Source: the human T2T-CHM13v2.0 reference genome, Homo sapiens. From it: 64,000 nucleotides of DNA. This document shows positions 40,741 through 54,305 of the stretch, one piece after another; position 1 is the first letter of the stretch, and the number at the start of each line of letters is the position of its first letter. The notes under the pieces are model-generated. The model did not search any database, had not been told where the DNA came from, and worked only from the letters and a program-made list of their open reading frames with translations. Location: the NCBI RefSeq assembly GCF_009914755.1, contig NC_060927.1. One strand, given 5' to 3'. The position numbers and the translations under genes are program-made.

Positions 40741-42639
40741 TAATGTTAATAGAAATATCTTCACACTATAAACAAAAAAGGATAATTTTAGGTTTTTAGG
40801 TTATACTATACTCAATATTTTTAAAAATGAATATGAAATTTATTTATTTGGAAACTCATTTTTTTTTTTTTGCCTGTCTTCTTGTTTTTGGTTAATTGGT
40901 TGATTGGTATTTTGTAGTGGTTAAGCTAGAATAATTCTGGTTTGCAGTATCTTTTGTGAGGAAAATAAGAGTTTGGTCAGAAGTGCTATCACTGGTCTTG
41001 CCTAGTAATATTTCAGTGTAAGTGACTTTCCTGAAAATCAACAATTTGTTGTGAGAACCTTGACACTACTTTCCAGTTTTAGTCCTTTTAAGCCTGTTAT
41101 TCATCTGAGCAGTTAAATATTTTGTCTTGCTTTAATTTCAATGAAACTGAACCTTCACTGATGCTAAAATTCTGTGCACTCCAGAAATCTGTGAAAATTA
41201 AGAAGAATTGAAGATGATCCATTTTCTTAGAGTATGTACTTTTGGAAGTCTGGACAAGTGGGAGTATATTTAAAATGCAAATATTATACTTGAGATGCTA
41301 AAATAATTTACATTCTGAGGCTGCAGTTTAAATATAATTGCATTACATTAAAACACAGTTGGGTTTATGGTGTGATATAAATTTGGTTTATTTTTTGCAG
41401 ATTTATGGTGACTAGGATTTTGTTTTGATCTTGTAGTATATACGGAAATTTCACCACCATCACTTATAATTTGTGAAGCTTTAGCAGCAACATTTGTAAA
41501 CACAAGGGAATGTTTTCACTTTTTAGTTGGGGAAGAGCAGATGGTTGGGATTAAGGGAATCACTCCTTCGTGTTTAATAATGCAGCAGGGAAGGCAGTGG
41601 CAAGCTAACTTTTCACCAAGAGAGAATAATTTTTCAGAGCATCAGCTAGATCTTTGCTAGCTAGAATAGAGCCCCTTCAGATGTGTACCATCTGCATGGG
41701 AGTGAGTCACAGCAAAAGATCTAATAATACTTGTAAAATACACTTTGTTCCCAGTGAATTCTATATAGAGAAAATAATCTCTGTATTTGATGGAAGGGAC
41801 TGATGAGCAGAAATTTGCATCTAAGTAGCAGATTGTCGAATAGAAATTTAGTAAGACCACAGAACAGGCATAGGCCAGGCAATGAAACACAAAAGAAACC
41901 AATTTTTAAAAATCAGGTAACTTCCTGGATTCATTATAATGTATAGAAAGACTTAATAGAAATGAAAGATGATTTTCAAATAAATATTATTTAAAAATAA
42001 TGTAAAGAATTGATTTGTAGTCATCCAGCAAATGTTTGCAAAGAGTAAATTTATAATATGATTTAAAAAAGGATGAATTAATTTTATATTAATATAACAA
42101 GATGGAAAACAGAACATTGATAAAACATATTATTATCTAATGCAAACACAAGAAGAGAGAAAAATTGTAGAGAAATAACAGGTTTTTAATGATCAGAGTT
42201 TCACTGTAATTGATGATTATTAAAAAGAATTTGATAGACTGAAGATGAAGTGATTCTCTCAACATGTACTCTTTCACATCCACTGCTAAGAAAAATGCAA
42301 TACAGTTGACCCATTTAATGGTCATCTCAGTTTGGCTCCTTAACACCAAATTCTACAGGAGCTGCTTTCAAGCCATCAGTGATGCGAATAGAAGGAAAAA
42401 AATTACTGTAACCACAGACTTAGTAACTGAACAGAACTTTTGCCCACAGGAATCATAGGTTAGAGGATGGAATTTAACTGTTTTTCATGGTTTTGGGTCA
42501 ACAATACCTTTATATCTAGACCTTCATGGAAACAAGAAAAAGCATATATATTGGTGAGTATGATAGTCTCATACTCATGAATTTAGGTAAGAAATATAAC
42601 TTGAGAAACTTCCTCAATGATAAATTTTTGAGTTCTGGA

Positions 42640-42919
42640 TTTTTATTATTATTATTATACTTTAAGTTCTGGGGTACATGTGCAGAACGTGCAGGTTTGT
42701 TACATAGGTATACATGTGCCATGGTGGTTTGCTGCACCCACCAACGCGTCATCTACATTAGATATTTCTCCTAATGCTATCCCTCCTCTAGCCTCCCAAC
42801 CTCCGACAGGCCCCAGTGGGTGATGTTCCCCTTTCTGTGTCCATGTATTCTCATTGTTCAATTCCCACTTATGATTGAGAACATGTGTTTAGTTTTCTCT
42901 TCTTGTGTTAGTTTGCTGA
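42640..42919 (-). mobile_element. L1PA7/8-like 3' end (5'-truncated)
   Basis: 'tatactttaagttctggggtacatgtgcagaacgtgcaggtttgttacataggtatacatgtgccatggtggtttgctgcaccc'. Confidence 0.93.
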
Positions 42920-43104
42920 TTTTAAAGGGACTCCAAAGAGCCTGTATTCTGTCTGCCTAAGTGCTTTCCCAGTGGCCAGTGTCATGGTTCCTGCATTTCG
43001 GTTGCTATTTTTCCCTATTTTATTTGAACATGGCTTTTATATTTTTCCATTTATTTTGTACATTAATACACATCCTGATCTTAGATGCTTTCCTTTTAAT
43101 AAGA

Positions 43105-43239
43105 TTTTTTATTTTATTTTATTTTATTATACTTTAAGTTTTAGGGTACATGTGCACAATGTGCAGGTTTGTTACATATGTATACATGTGCCATGTTGGT
43201 GTGCTGCACCCATTAACTCGTCATCTAGCATTAGGTATA
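43105..43239 (-). mobile_element. L1PA3/4-like extreme 3' end
   Basis: 'tatactttaagttttagggtacatgtgcacaatgtgcaggtttgttacatatgtatacatgtgccatgttggtgtgctgcacccattaactcgtc'. Confidence 0.93.
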
Positions 43240-43309
43240 CTTGTTTGAAAGTTTAGGCACTAACATTAAAGAAAAATCAAAGCAAGATTTTTACTTTTGA
43301 ATACCATCT

Positions 43310-43420
43310 CTGTCAATTAAAATTCTAGAGCCTCAATTTTTTCATCTATAAAATGAACAGAGTGTATCAGATTATTATTAGTACAGCAACCATTGCAAAA
43401 TGTATATCTGTGTTCTTAGC
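43310..43420 (+). mobile_element. MIR-family fragment
   Basis: 'tctagagcctcaattttttcatctataaaatga'. Confidence 0.65.
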
Positions 43421-44999
43421 CTTTGTGAGAGATTTCTATCGTCATAGAGCATTTGTTTCCAACTTAAGTGTGAACTAAAGAATTGTTCCTAGTGATCTGC
43501 AAATAGAAATGTGTAAGAGGCATTATCGGCACGCAGAATAAAAAGAAACACATAAGACATTGGGTGCTGCTGTGATTCATAGAATAAAAAATTACTACTT
43601 TCTAAAATATCTGCTGTAAAATTAAATACATTTGAGCATTTGTCAAGCTTTTCATGTTCCAACATGGTAAGGCTTTGAATCTCTACATTATAGGGTACTA
43701 AGCAGTAGGAAATCGGATGAGAAAATTTATGTTATCTGTTAACTGGGTCAAGGACTCTTTCCAAATACTTGAAATAATTCTCATTGTCACCCCTTCCCTC
43801 ATATGAACAGATGGAGGCACAACTGCAGAAACACAATCGAGATTTATTTCTGTTAATCATTAGACAAATTAATATAGGTTAATTGAAGATTAACATTGGA
43901 GTTTTATCAGCTGAATATAGTGAGTGAAAAAAAAAGGTAAAGCAGATTATAGTTAAATATCCCAAGGATGTATTTCATATCCTGGCTATTGCTGGTTACA
44001 TATTTGCTGATGTAAATTCTTAAAAACAGTAATTATAATATCAGTTTTCTCAGCCTTATTCTTTAAAATTATAATCTTTGAAATATTTATATTGTTAACC
44101 TGAGAATAGTTCAAAGGTAATTGAAAATATTTAACATAACAAATGGACAGATTCTTAAAGATACTACATTTGCCTGACTCAAAGCCTAAGGAATCTCATG
44201 AAGTTAGAACATAACAATTTTTATCCTGAATGAAATTAGGGTTAATAAAATATGAAATTCCCTAGTCTTAATTAACTGAAATTATTTATTTATTTATTTA
44301 TTTAAACAAAATATTGAAATAGATGTAACAGTGAATTCAAAAGCCATTGAAAATATAATTATATTTTTCATGTTTTGGGGTGGAAAGAGCAGGCAATAAT
44401 TGTTTTGTTGTCCCTAAAGTAACTGGCAGAGATGTGAATGACTATAATGAAAAATATTTTAGAGAGTTAGAGAGAAAGCAATAGAACCAACTTTATGTGA
44501 GTGTGTTATCCAAGTAAAAAGAGAGAGAGAGAATACATTTGTATTGAAGCATTCATTTATGTTAGATAAGGGTATAAGAAATACATATGTGACAGAAATG
44601 CAAAAAGACAGAGAGCATATGACACAGTTACCATTCTGTTTTTACTTATTAGTGAGGTTTTTTGTTTTCATAAGTCTACTATATTTAAAAATGCTTTGTT
44701 TATAAAATGCTATGACAAAGAGCCTAGCCTCTACATTCTGTTGTATTTGAAATATTATAACCTGGGGCTATGGGTTCATACATTAGCTATGCTTAAAGTG
44801 TGCTTGTTACTACTTGGCACCGTCAGTTTTAAAGCAGCTTTTGCTGGCTTCAAACACTGAAACAAATAGAAAACAATCAGGCTCTAGTGGCTTGGAAACC
44901 TAGACAGCAGCCCAGCTTTCATTTATTAGGACTCTGGGAAAATAAATTTAAAAGGGGAAAATTTTCAAATCTGCTTTCAAGTTACATTTAACAAGTACT

Positions 45000-45350
45000 T
45001 CTCCCAAGGATCTCCAAGCCCTTTTTGCGTGCATTTATTCTGCTAGTTGATAATACAAATTGAAGTAGGAACTAATGCATTTCAGTACTGAAGTGTCTAT
45101 TCAAATCATTCTTAGGGCTGAACAGAGCACCAGTAGTTACAGATGAAATCACAGGGTTTCATCTATTAGAGTAGATGGGTATGGAGGTGCCCTAAGGTTC
45201 ACCTTTAGAAATCTTTGTATTATTTAGTACAGTAGAATATCCACTGGCCTACATTGTCCACTGAAAATCATTTTATGACTTCTGATATTATCCAATTTAA
45301 GAACATGGCTAGACTGGCAAAATATGCAAACAGTTCACAGAACTATATTT
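45000..45350 (+). mobile_element. Possible CR1/L3-clade RT remnant
   Basis: 'ggaggtgccctaaggttca' (GVPQGS-like), 'cattttatgactt', 'aaaatatgcaaacagttcacagaacta' (KFADDTKL-like) in the expected order. Confidence 0.4.
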
Positions 45351-46387
45351 GAATGCTGTATTATTTCTAATGTTCTGTCAATATTCCAACTATCTTTATC
45401 TTATCATTTTGTACGTGGTATTTGGACGAGTAGCTCCTGGAGAAATTAGTCATTCTTCGTAATATAACTGCAAAGGTTAAGCTAATATGTGTAGTATTAC
45501 TTAGAATTCTTAAAAGGTGGGTGCAAAGTATAGGAATTGTCCTGTTTAAAACCTTTTATATCCTAGATTATAATTGTCCAGTGTAGTAGAAAACTTACAA
45601 TGAGAATAAAAGATAAAACCTGATACAGTTTCTGAATCTCTTCTGTCACAAGGAGGGACCATATAGTCTAAGTTGTAATAAAAAGTAATATTTAAGCGCA
45701 ATATGTTATTTATTCTTAAAATAAAAACATTAAACAAGTGTATATCTTCATTAACGAGATTTTAAAGTGTTACACTTTTTTTCTTTTGGTCCAGGAGGCT
45801 TTGATTGATAAAAATAATTTCGTCTCTGTGAGATATTAAATATCAAATAATAAAACTAATTTTATGTTGTGCATTTTCTGTTACCAACAATGGACTTGGT
45901 CCCTAAAAATCACCATACCAAATATGTCATGTATTTTTTCTTCACCCTAAAGTAAGTTTTGCTACTATTTAAATTAATTACTATATGATTTATCATGACA
46001 TAATTATTTTATATTTTTGCTTTCAGCATATTTATTTATCTGAAAAATATGTATTATGCATTCTTGGCCCATCTTTCTGTTGGTTTATTTATATATTTTA
46101 TTTTATTACTTTATTTTATTTTTTGACTGTCAATGTTCAATTAAGAGTAATTCATTTGAGGTATCTTATGAATCATACTACCTACCTTGACCTTAGTTTA
46201 TCTCTAAGGGAAGAAATTACTAATATACAAAATCAGCCATAAAATATTTCTAGTTAAATTTAGACCATAAATGAAAAAATGTTATAGTTTTTAAATAAAT
46301 GATTTAATAGTGAATACTTTTAAGGAAATGTATTTAGAAGAAAAAAGTAATAATTACAAAAAACAAAGCATATGCTGTTTAAAAAGT

Positions 46388-46620
46388 TAACAGCTTTATT
46401 GATATAAAATGGTGACTGATATTTTAAAAACTGCATATAATTAATGTGTGCAAATTGATGAGTATGGACATAAGCATTCACCCATGAAACTATCACCACA
46501 AGCTATTGAACATACCCATTTTGGTAAGACCACTTACCATGAGATCTACCCTCACAACAAAATTTTCAGTGCACAGTGCAGCCCAGTTAACAAGGCAGAT
46601 TATAGAACATTTCCATCATC
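46388..46620 (-). mobile_element. L1MA9/10-like 3' end
   Basis: 'acagctttattgatataa...cacccatgaaactatcaccaca...ggtaagaccacttaccatgagatctaccctc'. Confidence 0.85.
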
Positions 46621-46681
46621 TCAAAAAGTTCTATTGGACAGTGCTGATCTAGAAACATTTGATGATTTCACAGTAGAATTA

Positions 46682-46952
46682 TTGCTCTGTTGCCCATGCT
46701 GGAGTACAGTGGCCCGATCTTAACTCAATTAAACCTCTGCTTCCCAAGTTCAAGCAATCTCCCAACCTTAGCCTCCCTACTAGCCGGGACTACAGGCATG
46801 CCCCACCACGCCCAGCTAATTTTTGCATTTTTAGTAGAGACAGGGTTTCGCCATGTTGGCCAGGCTGGTCTCAAACTCCTGACCTCAAGTAATTCACCCA
46901 CTTTGGCCTCCCAAAATGCTGGGATTACAGGTGTGAGCCATGGCAGCCGGCC
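46682..46952 (-). mobile_element. AluSz-like SINE lacking poly-A tail and last ~12 nt
   Basis: 'cctgacctcaagtaattc'; element starts directly at 'ttgctctgttgccc' with no T-run or 'gagac'. Confidence 0.92.
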
Positions 46953-48577
46953 TTGAATATATTCTTGATATATAAATAGGAATAAACCAGAAGTTCTGAA
47001 AGTTTTCTTTGTAGATTAACTAAGGCCTTCTATTGCTAAGGATTTCAGTAGTATATGTGATATTGTAATGTTTTATGGAGAGGGGAGAAAAGAAAAATAT
47101 GACACTTAATGAAAGTGCACAAGATTGTCAAGATTAAAAAAATGCTGTATACAATAAGTAAGTACACGTAAGAAGCTTATACAACTCTCAAATCTATATG
47201 GTACTTTGAAGGTTAGATACAATCTTAAATTCATCTAAGTCTTCTTAGCACTACAGTCATGCTGTGCAATAATGCAAGATAACTGCCTTTATGTGCTTGT
47301 CTAGATAGATACATATCTTAAATGTTATTTATTAACACAAATCTGAATGTAATGTGCATATTTATCTCTTCGCAAATCACATTTTTATTCTATATCTTGC
47401 TTGTTTGTTTCATCTATGTGCCACTGATATTTTAGTTTCCAACTCTCCAGAGATTGTATGATAGTGGAAAACAAATTATCAAAGCAATTAAAATGTTTTG
47501 ATACCTATAGGAGCTAGAAATCTGTGCTTTTAAAATTAATTATTAGTTTCAACTCCTGAAATGTAGACAATACTAAAGGTAATCAAGCTGTTAGAATGTA
47601 CTATTTTGAATCAAAGGACATTTTTGTCAAAAGTGTATCTTAAAATCTGAAGCTATTGGAAAGTCTTATTAAACTTCGATAAAAACAAAACATTTAAAAG
47701 CAGCAAAGTTGATTAGACAGTTTTCCCCTCTTTGATGAAAATGGTACAAACCTAATCAATATCTGCTAAAACTTAAATAATAGTACTTTTCATAATGTGT
47801 TTAATATTGGTTAAAACCATCTTTTAGTTATATATTTTGGAAAATGTGATTAAATGCTGACCAACTCTAAACATTTATTTTAAAATTCTTGTAATAGAGG
47901 TTTTTAATGAATGAAAATTACAGATTCTCTTTTTGTAACATTTCTTTAGCAATTTTACATATAGCTTTAGATTACATCCTAAATCTAGCCATGTTGGTCT
48001 TTGCTGCCATGGGAGACTCATTTCAGGAGACTTCAGACCGACACGGTGGTAAATATTTGTCATTCTTTCTCCCATTCCAGACATTGTGCTAACTAAAAAA
48101 TAAAATAAAAATAAAAAACACAAGATCATCATTTTTGAAAAAGCATTTACAAAAAAGCATCTAAACTTTACTTCAGCATTCAGGCTGGGCTTTAATCTTG
48201 CTTAGAAACTCTCATACACCTTCCCATCAAGCCAAACACTGGAGACCTAGAAACGTGAAGAAACCCTGAAAATGTATCTAAAAATAAGCACTCTTTTTCA
48301 GGTTCCTCCAGGATAGTAAAATCTCTGGAATTTCTAGGATTAATAATATTTAGAATTTTTTAGATATCATTTATTTCTATATTTTGTGTAAATTAATAGT
48401 TTCATCCACTTGTTTCATTGTAAAGTCTGTTCCAATATTCTACGTATGGAGGAAGATTTCATTGGTTTTAACCATAATTTACTGTGAAAAAAGAACAGGA
48501 AGGTACAGAGAAAACACCACTGCTCTGGTAATAATAAGACTTAAAAGCTAGTACTCAATATTGTGTCTACTTAATTG

Positions 48578-48697
48578 GTCATTTAAAAAAAAATATTTAC
48601 TGACATCCACTGTGTGTCAGAACCTCTGTTCTAGGTGCTGATAATATAGCAGAAAAAAAATTTTAAATTCCAGTATTCAGTGAATTTACATTCTAGT
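48578..48697 (-). mobile_element. L2 3' end
   Basis: 'aatatttactgacatccactgtgtgtcagaacctctgttctaggtgctgataatatagcag...tttacattctagt'. Confidence 0.8.
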
Positions 48698-48729
48698 AAT
48701 TATTGTGGAAATTGTTTAATTGCCATTCT

Positions 48730-48870
48730 CTATATTTATCTATATAGTGTATACATTTGCATACCATGCATATACTTAAGTGTGTGTGTATATATATATA
48801 TATAGATTTATTATACACACATAGACATATATATCTTTTAGTCAAAAGGCATTATCAATATATATAGAAG
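48730..48870. repeat. TA/TG-rich low-complexity repeat
   Basis: 'gtgtgtgtgtatatatatatatataga' with degenerate flanks. Confidence 0.75.
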
Positions 48871-49269
48871 AACTCTGTAGTATGAAAGAAAATGCCCATT
48901 TTATTTGTTACCTTTTACTAATCAAATCATTTATAACCCTTAAGAGTTATATTGAATTTTCTAATTCAAGTACTGAGTTGCACAAAGAACTATTGTCTCT
49001 AGATTTCCTGTTGTGTAACCCATGAAAAAATTGACCTTTCTTTATTGTCATATTGCATTTAAGGAAGATACCTGGTTTCTTATCCACCCACAGTTTATTT
49101 TTGGCAATGCAACCTATTCATTTTCTTTTACCCTTTGATCGATACCTTTTAGAACTACTTAATATAAAAGTTACATTTGTTACAGCACAAAGTTAGCAAT
49201 TACTCAGCCTGAAGGCCACTATTAGGTCTTGGCTGTCTTTTAAGGACTGAATTATAACATTATATGATG

Positions 49270-49430
49270 GTCGGAATTACAGTCTTTTAACCTGGAATGG
49301 ATCTTAAAGATCGTCTGGTACTATCCTATCATTTCACATAGTGTTAGCCATCGAGCACAAGGTCACACAGCTGGTAGCAGAGCTCGAACTCTGTTCAGAG
49401 CCCAAAACTGTTTCTGCATTCTTTCTGTCG
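49270..49430 (-). mobile_element. MIR-family fragment
   Basis: 'ctggaatggatcttaaagatcgtctgg...cacaaggtcacacagctggtagcagagctcgaact'. Confidence 0.7.
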
Positions 49431-50254
49431 TTAAAATCCTCATTTATATGAATTAATATTATTCCTTCTTATTTCATTTTCCCTGTTCCTAATGTTAACA
49501 ATAAAAGTGTACTGCCTTGGCAAAGCTTGTGAGGCATTCTTACCGTGCCAATACCCACAATTATTTTCTGTTAAAATTATATCCCCTAAAAATCACATGC
49601 TTTGAAAAAAATTAAAAATTAAAAAATATATGTCAAATTTATAAAAATTTCAATTGATTTTAGATGTATAGGATTCTAGTAAAAATAAATGTTCTAGAGA
49701 ACAGCAAAAATAACGATAAATTTTAAAAAATATTTTAGGAAATTTATAATTGACCCTCTTAGATATCAGTATTTGAGTCTAATGCACAGAAAGAATTAGC
49801 TAAATTTAAAAATTTATTTTTAACCTGCCTAGAAATTATGTACATAGTTAATTTAATATTAAGCCTTAAAACATTTTAGGACAACTCTGGAAATTTTAAA
49901 GAAGTTTGTCTATTTCCTTAGATAAAATGAAATAAAGTGTTTTTATTCAAAAATGTAGCACAAACATCTTAAAGCTAAGAAATAGTTAAGTTTTGGTGCA
50001 ATTCCATGGGAAAGTAAAGCTGATTTATTTGATATATTAATAATATTTCAACTTTCAAATACAAATTATTGCTTAGTATCTTGCTGATCTATATCTTTTG
50101 CCATTTTAAGCATTTTTATATGTTTGAATGCCAAAATGTACCCTGCCTCTCCACAATAATCATAGAATTCTAGATACAGAAAGAACTTAGAAAATCATAG
50201 ATTAATAGGCTTTTTCAGGTGAACTAGCTGAGGTCCTAAGAGATTCAATGAAGC

Positions 50255-50372
50255 ACCTATAACTTTGTAAAGTCCATTAGGGTAGGAACAATATCTGTCT
50301 TGTTCGTCAGCACTTTGCCTGCCTGCAATAGAGTAAGTGCTCATTAAATATTTGTAACATGCTGTATGAATT
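50255..50372 (+). mobile_element. L2 3' end (MIR fragment just upstream, about 50155-50255)
   Basis: 'tgtaaagtccattagggtaggaacaatatctgtcttgttc...gtaagtgctcattaaatatttgt'. Confidence 0.75.
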
Positions 50373-51061
50373 AGTAAATTAATTACACCTAATGCTAAGA
50401 TGTGTTAAACTAATGAAGGTACTTCATCTGATTCCAGAGACTTGATAGCAAGAATGTTTATGTCTTTTAAGTTTGAGATTCTTACAACTTTGAACATGAG
50501 GTATGCATTCAAAAGTTGATCAGAAGTAAGGATGCTGAAACAAGGAAGTTTTCTAAATGCCTCGTGATTCACAGTATGCTTTTAAGTTGTTTTTTTTTTA
50601 AATACGGTTAACTTTCAGAATACAACACATGATAAGATACAAACATAATACAAAAATGGCTTTTGAATCAGTATGAATTGTTTTAAAATTTTCTGTACAT
50701 CAGTATCATGATATACTTACTCTATTAATACAGATTATTTGGTGTTGACTCTATAGAAATGTAAAGATTAGTCTTGTCAAACCAATTCAATTTACTTGTA
50801 AGAAGGAATGGAGGGGTAGTTAGATGGGGGAAGAATAGCAACGATTATATCTTTGACTTTGAACTAAGTTCTACAGATATGATCATTGAAATTTGAGAAA
50901 ACGAGAACACAGGAGATGTAAAGATAGAAAGATAGATAAATACCATATAAATCATTGCCTCCATATGTATATATTCATATACATACCTATATTTATATAT
51001 ATATCTGCCTATCTTTTTATGTTAAGTGCAAAAAGTAATTAATATACTGTGCATTTATATA

Positions 51062-51141
<80 letters not shown>
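51062..51141. repeat. Compound microsatellite (TG)7(TA)20(CA)13
   Basis: Counted directly from the sequence. Confidence 0.97.
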
Positions 51142-52999
51142 TGTCATTTGCTGCCAAGTGGAATACATGAGGAATGAGATTGTGTGATGATGTTTGCTAT
51201 AGTGAATATTTGGAAATATTATTTTTGAAATATGGCTATACATGAAATATTAATTGTATATCAATTTATTTTCTCTTTTACTGAGAGAAAATTTTTATAA
51301 TTTTTATCAGATGGGTATTTATATTAAATTCATTGAAAATGACCCATTATATTGTAATCACAATACATTAACTCAATGAACTACTGTTTTTCAAAATTTC
51401 TGAATGTGTAACATCACATAAAATATGAAAAATCTTTGTTTCATAGAGTGTTTTTGTTTTTGTCATTTAAATACTTCCCATTTTAGATATACTCAAAGAT
51501 CCTATTTAAAATCATCATATTTGTATAGAACAAAATCTTTACTCAGCTTTTTCTTTTTTAGGCTAATTTACACTATTTTTAAAAAACCGTTTATATTCAG
51601 GTTAATGAGTATTTGAATCTGTTTATCTGTTTGTTTCTTTTTTTTTCCTAGCCCATATCCCTATGCTAATTCTATACTTCTCTTTTGGAATTCTTTCTTT
51701 GTGTTCATTTACTATGCATTTGCAAGAGTGATTTTCATGAGCTTGTTGTTTATATTACTTCATATTCTCTTCTTAATTGTGTCTGTTTTTCGTTTCTGTT
51801 TCTTTTAGTCATTATCCTCACATCTTCTATTTATGTATTTCAATTTATTTAAACAGAAGTGTGATTTAAAATAGATGCAAAGTCAGCTGAAATCTTAGAG
51901 CATCCAGAAGAAATTCAAAGCAAATCAAATTAGAACTGTCAGCAGGAAAAACCTTCAAACATTGTTCCGTTCAGTGGCTACTATTGTAATTTAAACTTTC
52001 ACTTAGAATTAAAAGCAATTATCATTAAAGACATTCAATTTTTTACTTTTTCTTCAAATATAGCAATGTAGGTCTGTTGATGCTACAAAGGTAAATTTGT
52101 TTAAGAGTGTACGGTTGAAGCTTTAAATAAAATGAGGTTATTTAAAACCATTTTAATTTATGTTCTAATGCTCCCTGTTTTTAGAATGTGTTTGAGAACT
52201 TAATTATCTTGATGACTACCATAAAGTTATTGGACAAATTACCCTAGGAAATATAAGAACGTACTTTAGGACCAAAATTAACTAGCTTTTACTCAATGGA
52301 GTTCTAGCAAGCAAACTTCATTTTGAACGAAGTAACTAAATATTGACTGAGAGAAAAATGGAAAAGATTACGACTCTTCACCCATTCTTGCAAAATGAGA
52401 CTTAATCTCTACATTCCATATCCAATAACAAATCCAACAACTTGCGACATTGTCTTTTTCTAGATTTGTTATTTTCTGTAAGATTTTAGGTTATTTGTTC
52501 ATTGAAGACCAAAAAGGCCCTAGGTCTCTCTTAGTGTGGTTGCTGGGCATGTGATTTTAAAATAGGACATGTATATTAGAATGCTTATACCTGTATTTGA
52601 TTCTTATACACCCACTTAATCTAAGTTCAAAATATAATCCTGCAAAATACTTTGGTGAAAGTGTCATCAACAGTAGTATCAAGATGAGCATAGGCAGTTT
52701 TAGGTGTGACATTTTGCAATTAATACTGGCAGAGGTGTTCATTCATGTTAACTCTTCAGTACAATTTGCATTTGACCCTTGACAGTGCTCTCTCTTACAT
52801 TTCAAAATTCATTGTTTTCAAGGAATTGTTTTCGTTTGACCCCCTTAGTTTCCAGTATCACTTTTGCCGTATTTGTTCATTTTTATTTTTGCTTTTTTGG
52901 TGGTTTTTCTATGTTAGTACTGACTTACACAAGCAGAGTTAAGCAAACCCCCTATGTACACCAGGTTATAGTGTCTTTCATATCTCTAATCATGTTACT

Positions 53000-53153
53000 T
53001 TAAACACTGTGTTCATGTCCCTTTCTCTACTAGCTGATAAATTTCTTAATGTCAAGAACAGCATTTTATTCATGTTTGTATTCTTAGCACCTAGCTCAAT
53101 GTCTGTCAGATAATGGATCTGAAATATACATTTAAAACCTGAATACATGAAGG
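53000..53153 (+). mobile_element. L2 3' end
   Basis: 'ctactagctgataaatttcttaatgtcaagaac...ttattcatgtttgtattcttagcacctagctcaatgtctgtca'. Confidence 0.75.
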
Positions 53154-54089
53154 AGTAGAAGAATCTCCTACTTTGACTGAACCATGTTGAGACTCTCTTT
53201 CCAGGCTGCATTTCTTCTAACATGCCATTGACAATTCTTTTTTTGAAGGGGAGAAGGGATACAGTTGGTAGTTCTTGTTTTGAGTTACCAGTTTAACTAC
53301 TTAACTTTGCAAACAAGGTTTTTTTAAGTGAACACTCCTTTTAATTTTTGTTTTTTTCTCAACAAGTTGTTAGCCTACACATTTGTTTTTCCTCAATTTC
53401 AAGAAGAAACTTATGTGTCAGCTCACAGGACTCTATCAGCCTTCTTGAATAATTCCCTCAGGAACTTGCTTGCTGTTACTGAACTAAACATTCTTTTTTT
53501 TCCCCAGGGGAAACAAAGGGGCTATTCACTGCTGTTAGTCCCTAACCTGTTTTCACTGGCTCAGCACCTGTCTCCCAGGCAGATCAATTTTAGTTTTATT
53601 AGTACCTTCTGTGTTTCCTCTGTACTTGGTAGAGATCTGGTGTCATTTCACCTTGAGAAGTTGAATTTCAAGCCGTATACTTAAATATATAATTTAAAAG
53701 TTCTCTGCATATTTTAAAATTCCAAATAAATCAGTACAACCACAGATAGACTAGACTTCATAAGGACTTTCTTCTCATCAAGAAAACAATTTCTACTAAC
53801 CTGTTTTGCTAACTTCTTATCTTCATTTTTAATAAGGAAATGTATCCTTTAAAGTGTTTTAAAGCTATCACTTGGTTCATCTTTCTCTTTGCATTTTTAG
53901 TCATGAAAATATTGAAATTTGAAAAATATTTTCCTAAACCATTTCCATATATTCATTTAAATAAATTAGAATCTTATTATACATACTCAGAACGTGTTGT
54001 TTTACTTTTGTTTCTCTGGCTTCCCTTCTGTCATTCACCTAATCATCATATGTAGGAGAGAAAGGATAAATAATGTATTCTTTGTGTAC

Positions 54090-54305
54090 ACATAATTTAC
54101 TTGATGTTTTACCTTTATTATAAGCTTTTAAATATATTATTTTATTTAATCTTAATGCTTACACAGGGAACTAGGCAGAGTAAATGAAAATATTTACACT
54201 GCAGGGACTTTGCTCAGAGAGATCAGTAACGTGACTATCATAAGGTTCTGAGGCTTGATCTCATCTGATCACATATCTGATGCTCATTCCCACTACCTGA
54301 TACTG
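54090..54305 (-). mobile_element. MIR fragment
   Basis: 'tattattttatttaatctt...tttacactgcagggactttgctcagagagatcagtaac'. Confidence 0.55.

Noticed and set aside
42516-43256. Near-duplicate ~100-bp sequences and their ORFs
   Set aside because: Two L1PA 3' UTR ends of different subfamilies, not a gene or segmental duplication.
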